Position numbers and translations under genes: made by a program. This document shows positions 12,599-25,200 of a stretch of DNA of 64,000 nucleotides, one piece after another (positions within the stretch are counted from its first letter, which is position 1; each line of letters begins with the position of its first letter). The DNA comes from Iphione sp. A-MEVVRFRX5. Taxonomy: Eukaryota. The stretch lies in contig OZ320322.1 of NCBI GenBank assembly GCA_976226885.1, forward strand, positions 27,776,001 to 27,840,000. Reading direction: 5' to 3'. The notes below the pieces were generated by a model. That model had not been told where the DNA came from and made no database searches. It saw nothing but the letters and a program-made list of their open reading frames with translations.

Positions 12599-13222
12599 CT
12601 CTGTTGATGAGTCCGAGCGCCAGAGCGCGCGGTCGGTCGACGTATTGGATCTCCACCTCGTCGATGTAGGCCTGTGCATACTTCTCCTCGACCATTGCCG
12701 TGTTGGCGCGGCCAATGTAGAAACGCGACGTTCCCGGCTGGGGACGCCGCATCTCGTAAGTGGCGTCGTGCGCCACCTGCTGGAGATTGGCGTACAGGCG
12801 CGCACCGTCCTCGGGGCTCCACGAGATCTCGAGGAAATACCACGTGTTGCGGACGAAGTCGGGCCACTCCACCTGCCAGTGCTTGTTGCCCTGCTGCAAC
12901 TCTGCAATCAGCTTGTCCTCCTTGTAGTAGACGCGCACGCCGCGCCCACCCGAGTCCAGGTAGTACATGTTGTCCTGGACGTGGAACGAATTGACCCAGA
13001 AGGCGAGCGACAGGCCGTAGTTGCAGCGCTGCAGGTCGCCCAGACAAGCCGAGCCCACGTCGCCGCCGTCAACGTACTCCATGCGGCCATCGAGGCGCAA
13101 TGCGCGGCCCACCTTGCCGCGGATCAGACTCGGGTTACCGTAGATGGTGGCCGTCGTCTTCGAGTCGGGCAGCGACGTGCCTTCCAGCATCTCCATGGGG
13201 AAGTAATACCTAAAGATGGGGC
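12599..13222 (-). CDS. Exon: whole domain D2 (GPIFRYYFPMEML...CLGDLQRC...GLINRG)
   Basis: Acceptor ctcctctcccaccccag|GC and donor AGA G|gtaggt; 624 nt, phase 1 to 1. Confidence 0.93.
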
Positions 13223-13625
13223 CTGGGGTGGGAGAGGAGCAAGTATGTGAGTAAGGCGTGTGCTGTTGCTTGTCGCTATGCTATGTGCACGCATTTATAT
13301 TTATCATAAATTTCAATCATTTGTTGCGACATAAAGCTGTTTTTCATACATGTACATGTATCTGTATAAAAAGGGCTGTTATTTAAGTCGATATGAATAA
13401 TTCATACCTATCTCATACCTATCTGTACCAACCCTGAACACGTAACGGGTAGCGTTTTGTCGAACGCACAAAATACTCCTGCAATCTATATAATTCTTAC
13501 TGGAATGGTGTACAAGGGAAAAAAGAGGTCTGTTAAAATGCAGAATGCTGCTTTTATCACTATAAAATAAGTAAAACATATCCGAGGATTCTTCCTAATA
13601 ACATGGAGGATTCAGTTGCCCTCAC

Positions 13626-14090
13626 CTATTTGTCTGAGTTGCTGTTGACCCCTGTGTGACGACCAGAAGTTTAACTTGTCCATGGCGACGCTCGAGTGCG
13701 CCTGTCTACGCGAGCGTCGTCGATCGCTGCTTCGGCCGTCGTCATTGGGTCGTCCCAGTAAGAACGAGCCAAACTCGTCCTGGTTGGCTTGCGCTGGCGT
13801 CGTCATTTCCGGGTCGGGGTCATGGTCGGCGAGGACGCCGTCGACGTAAAGGCTGAGCCCCTGGCGGATTTCCCAGGTCGCCGCCAGGTGGTACCATCGA
13901 CCTGGAAGTACCTCGTCACTGTGCGCGCGCCACTCCTCACCGTTTTTCCGGCGGAAGCGGAACTCCAGTCTGCCTTTGTTGTAGATCATGGCGACGCCAT
14001 GGGATTTGTTCGTGTGGCCGCCGTTCGAGAGGAAGACCTCCTCGCCGTCTACAGGGTGCTCAAAATTCACCCAGAGGGCAATAGTATAAC
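13626..14090 (-). CDS. Exon: C-terminal part of domain D1 (GYTIALWVNF...GRWYHLAATWEIRQGLSLYVDG...LLGRPN...RRRSRR...)
   Basis: Acceptor gtcgttttag|GT TAT and donor ATA G|gtgagg; 465 nt, phase 1 to 1; continues the D1 fold in frame. Confidence 0.92.
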
Positions 14091-14956
14091 CTAAAACGAC
14101 ACAATATAGAGAGGCAGAGGTTATCGTGAGAGAAAAGACCCTGGCAACTAGATGTGTCTCATACGTTTAAATGTGTGTCCACTTTACGTACATACATATC
14201 ACAGAAAATTCAAACACCTAATGTAAAGGCATTTTTCTCCACTGGAAATATAAATGTTAAGAATACCTCCGCCTAAATATCCATCTATCCATCCAAATAT
14301 AGACATGTACATACGTATACATAGTACGCATATTAAACAGACAGGCGGGCAGAAACAAACAGACAGAAAATTATATGAAAAATAACACCAGCGAACGGTC
14401 ACTCTTCTCAAAATCTATGGCTCTTTGGTATTTCTACCTCACCAAATCTATCTGCTGCGACTTTCAAGTATTTGTATTGTACACATTGTGTAACTGGCAT
14501 GTAGGACATGTCCTATCTTCCGGGTGTAGTTATGTTGATCTCTGTATCCAGAGTCTACATAACATCACCTTCAAGAAAAATTGGAGCAGGATAACTCGTG
14601 CTATACTGAATTTACATTATAACCAACTTGCACTTTGAGCAACTTCGACCTTTCCGCCTCACCACGTGTCACATTTTAAGCCATATCTCCTTCTCTCTCG
14701 ATTTCTCTCTGTCTATCTCTAACGAAAGGAAACGTCTTCAGTCATATTCGAGCGATTTCCTCATCTAGAAAAATGGTATTTATGGTACATGTAATTCTTT
14801 TTCAAACGTGGTTTTTGTGGAGGTCTGATCTAACTAGACGGATGACCCCTTAGGATCATCTACACTTGTAATTTGTTTTTGGCAGACATATTTATCGCTT
14901 GTGTCATAAAAAATCATTTACACGAATATATGCACAAGAAAAAACGGCGTATGTAG

Positions 14957-15088
14957 GTAGCTGTACGAGTTGGTCATGAAGCAAGTTGTCCATGGCATAG
15001 TTAGCTGTTTGAGTTGGTCATGAGCCAAGTTGGCCATAGCATAGTCAGCTGTATGAGTTGGTCATGAGGCAAGTCGCCATGCCATGAG
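14957..15088. repeat. Minisatellite, 3 x ~44 bp
   Basis: Unit approximately TAGCTGTAYGAGTTGGTCATGAGGCAAGTTGGCCATRGCATAG, in the intron splitting D1. Confidence 0.9.
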
Positions 15089-15301
15089 TAACTCATTCTC
15101 ACCATTTGTATTTAGGTATATTAAAGAAAATACTGCAATGGTGACCTTCAGGATAGGTTGGCCTAACGTCAACCCTGATGACTTTTGAGTAGTATTTGTA
15201 GCTGATCTATTGGTCCCTATTATCTGTCGCCGTGAGATTAAGATCATAAACACTACGGGTTTCTTCCAACAGGTTTCAGCCTATTAACTTGAGAATTCGA
15301 C

Positions 15302-15330
15302 CTGTGTACCTGATACTGTGTACCTGATAC
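15302..15330. repeat. Short tandem duplication (ctgtgtacctgata x2)
   Basis: Read directly from sequence. Confidence 0.8.
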
Positions 15331-15754
15331 TAACGTGAGGGTCCGCTACAAGTGGAAAATAATATTTAAAAAAAGAAGCAATCATGTTCATGAAAAAAAA
15401 AACAACACCAAACAGCTACAGCTACACACCTACTTATGGCTCCTGGGGTTCGTTACCCTGCTGCTAAACAGCAAGAGGTCAGGAAAAAAATACTTAATAT
15501 TCTTTCCCCTGACATTGTAGTCTAGGGGTAGATAATTGGATTCGTGCGAGAGCAGTCTGACCAGGGAAGTTGATGCTCTGACGCTGTATACTGTTTGGAA
15601 AAGTATCGACTAATCAACTCTTACAAAGTACAATCCCTTTGGTGATTTGCTTGTAATTTGGATTTAAAAATAACTTTTCATTTTTGTTTCTTTACATGGT
15701 CCTATATACATGTATATCTTTTGATGGTACTCAACTAATAGTGACAATGAGGAC

Positions 15755-15962
15755 CAGTTGGGAGGGGAGCAGTTATTTTAGTGAAGTACCGCCAACTATT
15801 ATTGGCCTTCTGATTTATGTGCTGGATGCTCTTCTACAGTTACTGCTGATCGGTTACCAAAGAATTAATTCTTGGTGAAGTGTATCTGCCTTGTTCTCTA
15901 TCGTTGGTGAAGCGTTATCTGAATTCTTATAGTGAAGCGTTATTGCATATGCCCTGACACTT
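15755..15962. mobile_element. Degraded second copy of the 34944-35164 MITE family
   Basis: Same GTGAAGCGTTA repeats, and the end gtgaagcgttattgcatatgccctgac parallels gtgatacgttattgggtaccccctgac; TIRs eroded, boundaries approximate. Confidence 0.5.
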
Positions 15963-16053
15963 CCCCTTCCCCCTCCCATCCTGTGTGAGGTGCTTAGATC
16001 ACTTCACATTCATACACTCTTCAGATTTCACTGAGGACATGGTTGCCACTCAC

Positions 16054-16269
16054 CGCGGGGGCATTTGTCGAGGTCGCCGAAGCATTCTTGCCGATGGCTG
16101 GGCCCGCTCACCGTCACGTACTGCTCGGGCGTGTGAAGGCGGATGGCGTTGCCCTCGACGCCCGGGATGAGCGTAGGCGCCCCGACGGCGGTGGCATCCA
16201 GGCCGGACGGGTTGACCACCGCCGTGCCCGACAAGATGTCCATCGGCAGCTCGTAGTGGGTGGCGTCAT
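16054..16269 (-). CDS. Exon: N-terminal part of domain D1 (DDATHYELPMDILSG...ECFGDLDKCPRG)
   Basis: Acceptor ttccttccaccag|ATG ACG and donor CGC G|gtgagt; 216 nt, phase 1 to 1; contains the C-x6-C motif. Confidence 0.9.
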
Positions 16270-19200
16270 CTGGTGGAAGGAACGAGAACTAAGTCGTTAG
16301 CATTGGTTCCGATGCGTGACTAGTTGTTGACGGATGACCAGAACACAAACAAGTTGGTAACAGCAGCAAGTACCATCATGGGCGCATTAATACGGTTTAG
16401 CATTAATTAGAAAGAACAGACAGACAGACAAATAACAACAAAGACAGTGTAAAGAGAAGGAGGAAGGGGGAGAGGGGAGAGAGAGTGAGAGAGAAGGAGA
16501 GAGAGAAGTAGGTGGGAGAACAAGAGAGACTGATCATTGAGGAACACTGGAGTATCTGCTACAGCAGGCGAACATCAGCACGAACACAATAGCCTTTTCT
16601 TGCGAGCTAACAACCAGCTTTCCTGACAACGACAGACTTGTTTCCTGCTGGAAGGGGGTCAGCCTCATCAAAATATCAACCAAACCGATCTTTCCATAGA
16701 CCTATCCCAACACGACTGCAAGGGCTATTTGATTAGGCTTAGGTTCAACAGAAGGCTATTCATATACCTGTTGTAATAATTATGACGTTGCGACCAGCAA
16801 CGTTAAGAAAGCTCTATAAGCTACACTGGATAAATCATCTTGTCTTCAGTGGGGTTCGGAAAGGTTCCCCTGAGGGACTAAGCCTTCACGTGTCAGGTTT
16901 CTGTAGATAATGACCATCATTTCTAAAGGTCGCTTGTAACTCTGTTTGAGGATACTGATGGAGTGCATGCCTCACCAGAGAAAGGTAATTGTGGCAGTCT
17001 ACCACGCCTCTTGCATCCATACGTCTCATTTGGTATATAGTTGAGGAGTCTTGGAGCCATTCCATAGTGGATTTCTCCTGCTCCAGCATCCCATACATAG
17101 ATTTCCCCTTCTCCCCCTTCCTTGATGTTTCTTTTAGTGAATAATTGCAGAAACGGTTGGTATGATTCTAATGCTTGGGCCCACCTATACTTTCCCAGCT
17201 GGTGGTTGGAGATAGAAGCAAAGTAAGGGGATTCCCGTCATGCAGGAGTACGGCAACATTCTGTCGGGAGCTGTACGTTGCAGTTACTAACTGCACTTGT
17301 TCGCTGACACATCATGTCAGACCGCCGGAGTACTTCATATTTTACTGAAAAACGTTCTTGTAAGGTCACTGCACATCCATTGGGGGCCCCACAGAAGTAT
17401 TCCGTTAGGGGCCTCACAAAAGCATTCCCTATACATGTACATGTACGTTGTTCTCCCCTGGTGTATCTATTCCTCCTGGAGAAGTAAATATGAACGAACA
17501 ATATTTCAGTGAGAGATGCAACACAAAGTAAGCTGTGTTGTGTGTGAGTTCCAAAGAGATCCATTTAACAGTTTGACAAATATTCCCTAAAATCCTTATT
17601 GTTTGACCATTCTCTCTCCTATACCTCCTCAGGACCAAGAGCCATTTTGTTTATGTGCAATAAGGTGGTGATAAGTATCCAGGAAATTCCTAGATGAATC
17701 AATGATAACTGTTCTAAAAGTGGCATTTTGGCCACAAATAAGAAATACTGGTTCGATGGATCATGTGTAAACTTAAACAAAAATACTTTTCACTGTTTAT
17801 GTAGAGCCTGACACCGTAAAGAGAACTTGACTAAGCTATAGCTCCAGGCACACGAAAATATGGTTATAGGAAAAAAGATCGCAGCCTAATACATGTGATA
17901 CTGGGCTTCAGCTAGGGGTGGATAGAAGTCAATAGCAGTTGTAAAAAGCAGAAATTACCGTCTGTATATAATGGTAATATCTCACCCAAGGTCAAGCCAA
18001 CATCTATTCCGAATACATGTATTCTGAATGTACAGGTCTGTGTATTTCTGCAACACTAGAATATTATTTGGTCCACTTACAGGTCGCTCGCAAATGAAAC
18101 GTTACTGTTTTAGAATGAACAGTATGCAACCAGGAAGAAAAACAACTCCGTGACCTTAGCGGAATATAAGTCCGCTAAATTCTTTTCATTTGGTAACATA
18201 ATGCATTATGTTATACAGTCTAGCTCGACATGTCTGTGTCCCTTTCTGCCAGCTGTGCTAGCAGCATTCCTTTTCGCAGGTTTACAGTGGAAACACTTAC
18301 CAACCGTGCCATCCTAACACTAAAGGAATAGATCTCGTTTTCGTCAGAATATGTCCCATACTTTGGAAGACTTTTTACAAGGCATTGCACAATAGAGTCT
18401 TTCGTCAGCATTAAAAAAATACCATGAAAAATCTGGTAATTTATGAACTTGTATTATAAACAACTGGGAAAGGCTCATGTGTATCCCATCATCTGGAGGA
18501 AGGACCACTAGAGCTCTTTGCTCAGGGAGAGCACCTGTGGCTACCTCTCAAAGCCCAAGGGCAGAGAGAGTGTTTTTCTCATGTCAGTCCGCGGTCTTGA
18601 ATTATGAATGACACAAAGTAAACTTGCTTGCGTATGACAATTAAAAAACACATCACGGCTGAAAGGGAAGTTTTCGGGAATTATATTTTAGTGAAGGCCA
18701 ATTGCAATTAAACGAAATCGCGTCCGTTACAGTTTGCGAACGTCAACTCATGATACAGAACACTTCTCAATGTACAACAGGTGGCCCGTGGTACGGTCTG
18801 GGATGTTGGGGGTGGGGTAATTGGCCTGCTAGCTTTTTATTCTAGACGTCGTTGTTGCAACACTGGCGGACTCCCGTCGATTGGAACCAGTCGGTATATA
18901 GTTAAAAACAAGAATAAAAGAGCTTGCAGGAGGACTGACTCCCAGTGTACCCCCGTGATATTTTGTTCGCCGTCATAACTGTCTCATGTGAGTGCTTACA
19001 GTGAACTTGGTCGAACACTTAACTGGATCCCGAAACAACAAAATTCCAAACTTGTTGTACGTATTGGGTAATATGATCAAGGAGATAAGGTTAGGATGTT
19101 TGTATATTTGAGAACGAACTAAAAGTAAAACTCTCTTCCTTTAAGAGCGAGGCAAAATCACTCGTCCTTTTTGACCTGTCAGTTATTGTCTGTCTTTCTC

Positions 19201-22200
19201 CAGGCTCCACACATCCAGTGAAAAACACGGATGACTCAGACAACACTGGCAAGGACCTCGGACATGACACAGGCCAGGAGGAGTAGGGCCTCTGGAGGCC
19301 CTTAAGGGAAGGCTCCGGACATGTTCAAGTATTATGTTTTAATTACTAACCTTTGGTTTTCTTCTATTTTTATAGGATGTACTGAGACCGCTTAGTGGGC
19401 ACAGGGACAATGAATACTGCCCACGCAGGTAAGGAGTATACTCCTATCAAAAAGTTAAATAAAATGAGGACTGCCACATCATTTTGCAGCAAAACACATG
19501 GGCACTTCTAACCAAGATATGCTGTTCTTCAAGGTAAACGAAGCCCATTGAAAACTGGCAAGCGACACTCTACGGGCTCCAGTGATTTGTATCCAAAGCG
19601 GAAATAAGATTCGAAAAAAAATAAAATAAAACAAGCCTTTGCATATTCATTCTGGACGCACCTTTCGTGGCTGGGGCTGAAAGCCGCCGGCCTCTTTTTA
19701 ACGGCCGTCTAGCCACCGAGGTAAACTGTGTGGAATCCAAAGCAGCGTCTGTTCAGGCGTTGATAAAGAAGGATTCGTGTCTCACATTTCTAAGGCCAGC
19801 GTGCCCCGCGCTGTCTCTACCGTTAACAAAGTGAGCAGCCTCATGTGTGGCAGCGAGATGTGAGGTCTCCAGTCCGGCAGGATTATAGGGTTTGGAAAAG
19901 ATGACGCATATATAGAACTCGTCTAGGCATCTGCTTTTAAAGACATTAGTACCGCATGACATGCACTAGATCAAATACATAGACACAGGTGTGTGTGTGT
20001 GTTCGTGGTGGGGGGGTATTATCCAGGGTTTTGAAATGATGTTTCACCAAGAATTCAGTAGGTAAAATAAAGATTGGCGCTGAGTTTGCTCTACTAGATA
20101 ACGGTCGGTGCTGAATTTTACAGCAGTTGGAGAACAAGGCACTGAAATAAGGGGGGAAATAACATTTAATGCTTAATTAAAATGGCTTTTTAGCACTTCA
20201 CCAGAAAAATTGCCCCCCCCCCCCGATATACCGCGGCTTGTCATGACGAAACAATAGCAGTGTACACTGCATCGAATAGCCATCGTTCAATGTTTTTAAC
20301 AGGGGGCACTCAGGTCATGTCCGATTTATGAAGGCTTTTCTTGAACTCAACGCATGAAGTGCTCGTCATCCCTCTGAACAGAAAACCTTGGGGTCGTTTT
20401 TTTTCAGGATGCACTTTGGAGGTACTGACAGTTTGCACAAACAAGGCGGATGGCCAGTCGGCGATGAGGAGCATCGCCAACAGCGGGGCCAAAAAACCAA
20501 ACAGGCCAGGGTGATTGATAGCCCAACAAAACAGAATCTCTAGCCCTGAAGATGCAGATCCACCCAATCCAAAGTAAATCCTTGACAAGTGACCCAGGCG
20601 ATTGCGTTATTTAATATGTCCGAGCTTTTGGTCGCAACTCTTTTTCGCCCGTCCATACGTTATATGAGCGTACCATCTGTAAGCGGTTGATGATTAGAGC
20701 TTGGGCACAAAAGAAAGGCAAATGCTTGACCGACGTCTCGTTCAAAAGGGTTAATACGAAGGGAAAATGAGAAGCACAGGCCAGAACACCGAGACCTCCA
20801 ATTCCACTGTTGTAAGAACAGAAATAGGAGTACACATGCATTGTAGTGTCAGGACCCGGACAATCCTGAGCCTGCTCCCTCTGAATAGAGTCAATTCAAC
20901 TGACCATTCCAGCGGATCTGTTATCAGATGGACAACAGCTCAGCGGGAATAGCAGTTAGAGGTTGTTCCTCTGGTTGATGTCAAGTTTGTTTAAAACGGA
21001 TCGATGGCTATCTTATAGCGCTACGCACAGACACACCGACGGAGGAAGTGGTGCTAGCCTTGCTTTAAACAATGACGGTGGTCGCCCTCTAATGACAGCA
21101 GGAATAAACCCGTGATCACTAGTTAGTATTATCATCTCAGCAACTCTTGTATTTGCTGGACATCTGTGCTATTATGAAACACGCCCTAAAGGGACAATAG
21201 TTGGATGTAATAACATTCTATTCTTCTCTAATCTATCACCGATGTAGCAGACGGAACAGTACGGATCATAATTTGTAGTATGATTCATAACGCATAATTA
21301 TCGTGTGGCCGAACTCGAAACTGCAAGCTTTATTAACTGGATCACAGGTTGGGGAATATAGCAAGACAGCTTTGTGAATAACCGTGTGCGGTACCAGTTG
21401 TTAGGAACCAGGGTATTTTGAGAGTCATCGGGTGCTTGCTACGTTCTCCACAGGATGCCGGGCCGGCGGTGGGTTCTATTTGTCCATCTCTATCCTTGAA
21501 ATCCTATCGGGATAGAGATGCGACTAGAGTGAGGTCACTGTAAGGTCAAACAGGTCACCTTTGGTGTATTGCCAGGTGAAGTTCGCAGGAGGATCTTGCG
21601 CCGGCTAGCAACTGGTGTACAAGTTTATTTGACAAGCTGCCAGTGTAACACACGCACACATAGCCTACATGCAGCTGGGCGGTGTTCATACAAATTCAAT
21701 TCTTGCCGATGCTGAGGTTTGATAGATTTCTGGATCTACTTGAATGTTTATTTGATCCAAAGGGGAGTTATCATTCGTGCACAGATTAAGATCAGTTTCT
21801 CATGCTTAGTAACTATCCTAATGCGCCGCGACTGATGCTTTTTTTATGCGTCCCCTGATTTACACATTAAGAAACATGTTTACTTTGTCTTGCAGGGCGA
21901 GACAGTACGCTGAATAGGTGTACTTTGACTCCGGACTAAAATCATGACCAGATTGGCTATACCCCTGGTACCAATTCTTAACGGTAGATAGAGATATTGG
22001 TTTAAATTTTGATATGATACGGATAATTTATCGTTTAGCTTGTGTTAAAGTGATGGTTTAAAAGGCGTCGAGTCTTCATGGTGCGTCATTGACACGGATA
22101 TTCAGAATATAAGGATGTTTGTCAGATAAGCGAAGGGAAAAAAGACTAACAGCAAATAAACATACGAGATGGTGAAAAAAAACCGGAACAGTTGCCGCTA

Positions 22201-25200
22201 CAAGGAATGCCGCTCTGTTTCAATAAACTTAGGAAACACAAATGTTCTTGGAAGGAACGTATCGTTGGTTATAAAGGAAAAAATGACCAGTTGTTGCACC
22301 CATACACTGTGCATTCAACAACAACAAGCTTCTGCTTCGAATGTAATCCTGCTTTGTTAAATATCAGTGAGTATAGAGTGAATGTTTTCTGCAGTAAGCG
22401 AATGGTATCGAAATAACCTGGTCTAAAACCCGCAGAGATAACATTAGTGTGTCATGACTACCAGTTACCTGGAACTGTTAGTCAGGAGTAACTGCTTACT
22501 CTCTTCTCTGAAGTTGACACTGTCACCCAGAAAAACGTCAATATGAACCAGATCCTCGAGAGGAACGAACAGAGAAGCAAAGAAAATTACATTATACGAA
22601 GAATCTTTGCGGTTTTTTTGTCAAATCCAAGCCCTGACTTGGTCTTTCTGGTAGTACTTTGGCAGCCGGTTGACATTTTAGTGATATAGAAATGGTTGAA
22701 TTTTAGGGTACACACTTAACTTAGAAATAAAGAAGCAGATTAGACCATGAGACAAACTGGAAATATGTATGGTCAATCTATGATTTGGGAATGGCATAAT
22801 ACCTGTAAACAGTACGTATGAACCAAACGGATATGTATTTATTTCTGGCTACATAGCTCACACCGAGAAGTGCTTTTCCCCCAAGCACACCACTGCCTCT
22901 CAAGTCTACCCTCCATAGTCAGCATATTTTAACACTCGTGACTCACACCAGATGGCGGTCAGAGATTTAAATCCGAAGGCTGGGCGCGAGACCGGGGCAG
23001 CTGAGCCTTGAAAAAGTTCCCGTTCCCATGGCAATAACGTCGGTGACGTTGTAGGTGCTTTCCGGCGATTGGTCACCACACGGTGCGCTTCTAGGGCAGG
23101 AGGCCAGCACAGACTGCCACTGCGGCAAGGCAATGCCTCCCGTATCGTTATGTAGTATTGTATTTGGTGAAAAAAAAGAGGAGGCGGTGGGCCCCATGTC
23201 CCTGTATATAAACACACCCCATGGGAGGCAACCGCAACAACAGCCAGCGAAAAGGCTCAGGTAGGCGGCTTTCCCTTGGTGAACGTTGCCGTTTCCAGTG
23301 TGTTTAGAGGGAATAAACTGTTCATAAACGGCGCCCGGTTCGAGGCAGAGAGGTATCATGCAATGTAGAAGAGACTTGACTATTGTAATAGCATCCTGCC
23401 ATCAAAAATAATGAATATACATGTACTCCCATTACAATGTGCTTGTATTACCACACCCCGTCCTCCTCCTCCAGGGAAATAAATCTAAATGTGGACTCAC
23501 CACTGTATTAATTTTATTTTCGGTAGAGTTGATATATTTTCTTAAAGTAAAGTACATGCATATCACATTGAGGATTTACGAATCAATAGCATAAATTCGC
23601 ATAATTCCTTTGATATTACACAGGCATCCGAGAGGAGCAAGGCAGTGCACTGTTCAAATCGCTCTTACACCAAAACGTATTAATCCTCGTTGAAAGACAA
23701 GACAACGGCTGTAGTTAAAGTCAAACAAAATGATGGCATGCTTCGGTGATCGGTGAACAAAGGAGAGAAATATCGTGGGTCTTGACGCATCCCCTACTGT
23801 GCAACCTTTGCTAACAGGCTACTTTATGATGTGCTGATGGCCAAGGCTCGGAGATGGTAACATCATCTCCGAAACATAAGATGCACCCCTGGAGAAACAG
23901 TTTCCAGTTACCAGATAGAATTCGTGACTAGATATTAACATTTGCATGTATAAATCAAAACAAATAGGTTTGATGCCAAAAAAATAAATGTTTCCGTTAA
24001 TCTCAGCGATACAGTCGATATATCTCTGTCATACATGTTTTCATTGATATGTTACGTCAGATAAGTACATAACTTCTTTGCATTTGGTCCAGGTCTTTGT
24101 CCTACATATCACCTTTGACCGGCTATACTCTATTCACCATCTGAGCCAGTTGGTCTGTGAGCCCCTCCCATAGAGGCCTACCGAATTGCTCTCTGTTTAT
24201 ACAACTCAGGCAGGTGCCCCCTAGCGGACATATAAACAAACTCCTCCTGACGCGTAAGAAGTCCCTGGTTTGGGCCGGCATATGCAGCTGGCTCGATAGA
24301 AGTCAACTGTGGGAAGGTCAACTGGTGGATTGTCAGGCTGACCTCCAATCTTCGAAGCTCTCTGTCACAGAATTGTATCAATCGTCATGAATAGCACCGC
24401 TGTGGAGCACCTATCTCCATAAGACTTTTATAATTATAATGCAGCACTTACGTACAAAGATGAAATCAGACAGGATGTTTAAGTTTTCTATGATAACTTT
24501 TAGGAGAACCTTGTCTTGAATGCCATGGCAAATCGGGTCGGTGAACCAAAATGACGATTTCAAGGGGACAGGAAACGCGATTTTTCGTCTGGCAAAAAGA
24601 CACGTTCATGTAGTTTAGGGCTGATTATAAACTCGTTACTTAATAAGAACACAATGTTTCTCGGCTTTGCCCTCTTGCCTCTGTCTCCAAGAAAGATGCC
24701 TGGATTGCATGGGGAAGCTCATACAGGTGCCTGGATACTATAGGGAAAGAGCCACCGTGGCTCTCCCTGGCCAAAGCCATAAGCTAAGGATGACTTTACA
24801 TGAAAAGTGCCAATCTGGGGGAAGGATCGCTGGCCCGTGTCAACCATCAGAAAGGATCAACCTCCACCGTCCCTGGACGTCACACATTCAGCGCTCATCT
24901 GCTTGTAAGTATTGACACACTTACATCATCTAAATCTCTCAAGCTGTAGGAAGCCTAAAAGCTGTTACGCCGTCTTATGCCACGGGACAAGAAACGCTTT
25001 CCAGCCCGGTGTTGGATTGATACCGGTATACCACGCATACCATTTCTCAACAAGCTGTACATACGTTGTGTTGAAAGTGTTTAATCTCCAAAATAACATA
25101 CTTTAGGCCCTCATAGTGGAGTTGATCATTTTAGTTCTCTTTAAAGGCAACATACTCAACACCCCTTTGTTGTATATTTTAATTACAAAAAGGTGAATCC

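Larger units (their letters stand above)
792..16269 (-). other. Partial multi-exon gene encoding a large, probably secreted or cell-surface protein with at least 8 tandem ConA-like/LamG-like (Laminin_G_3/pentraxin-like) domains; 5' end missing, 3' end uncertain
   Basis: 11 exons with canonical AG/GT ends and mutually compatible phases give 5145 nt of open frame. Repeats share: F/L-P-M-D/E start; G-x-x-x-x-A-x-x-L-D-G; C-x-G-[N/D/S]-L-x-x-C-x-x-G; W-x-x-x-E-x-[S/T]-W-H-x-x-x-G-L-x-M-Y-V-N-G; [Y/L]-[I/L]-G-R-x-N; and [V/I]-D-[D/E]. Confidence 0.93.

Noticed and set aside
12645-13250. 201-aa plus-strand ORF and similar ORFs opposite exons (850-1218, 11122-11493, 5436-5723, 7370-7642)
   Set aside because: Antisense shadows of GC-rich coding exons; no independent protein features
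16976-17200. Open minus-strand frame with acceptor- and donor-like ends just upstream of D1
   Set aside because: No similarity to the repeat and no signal peptide; weak donor; consistent with chance
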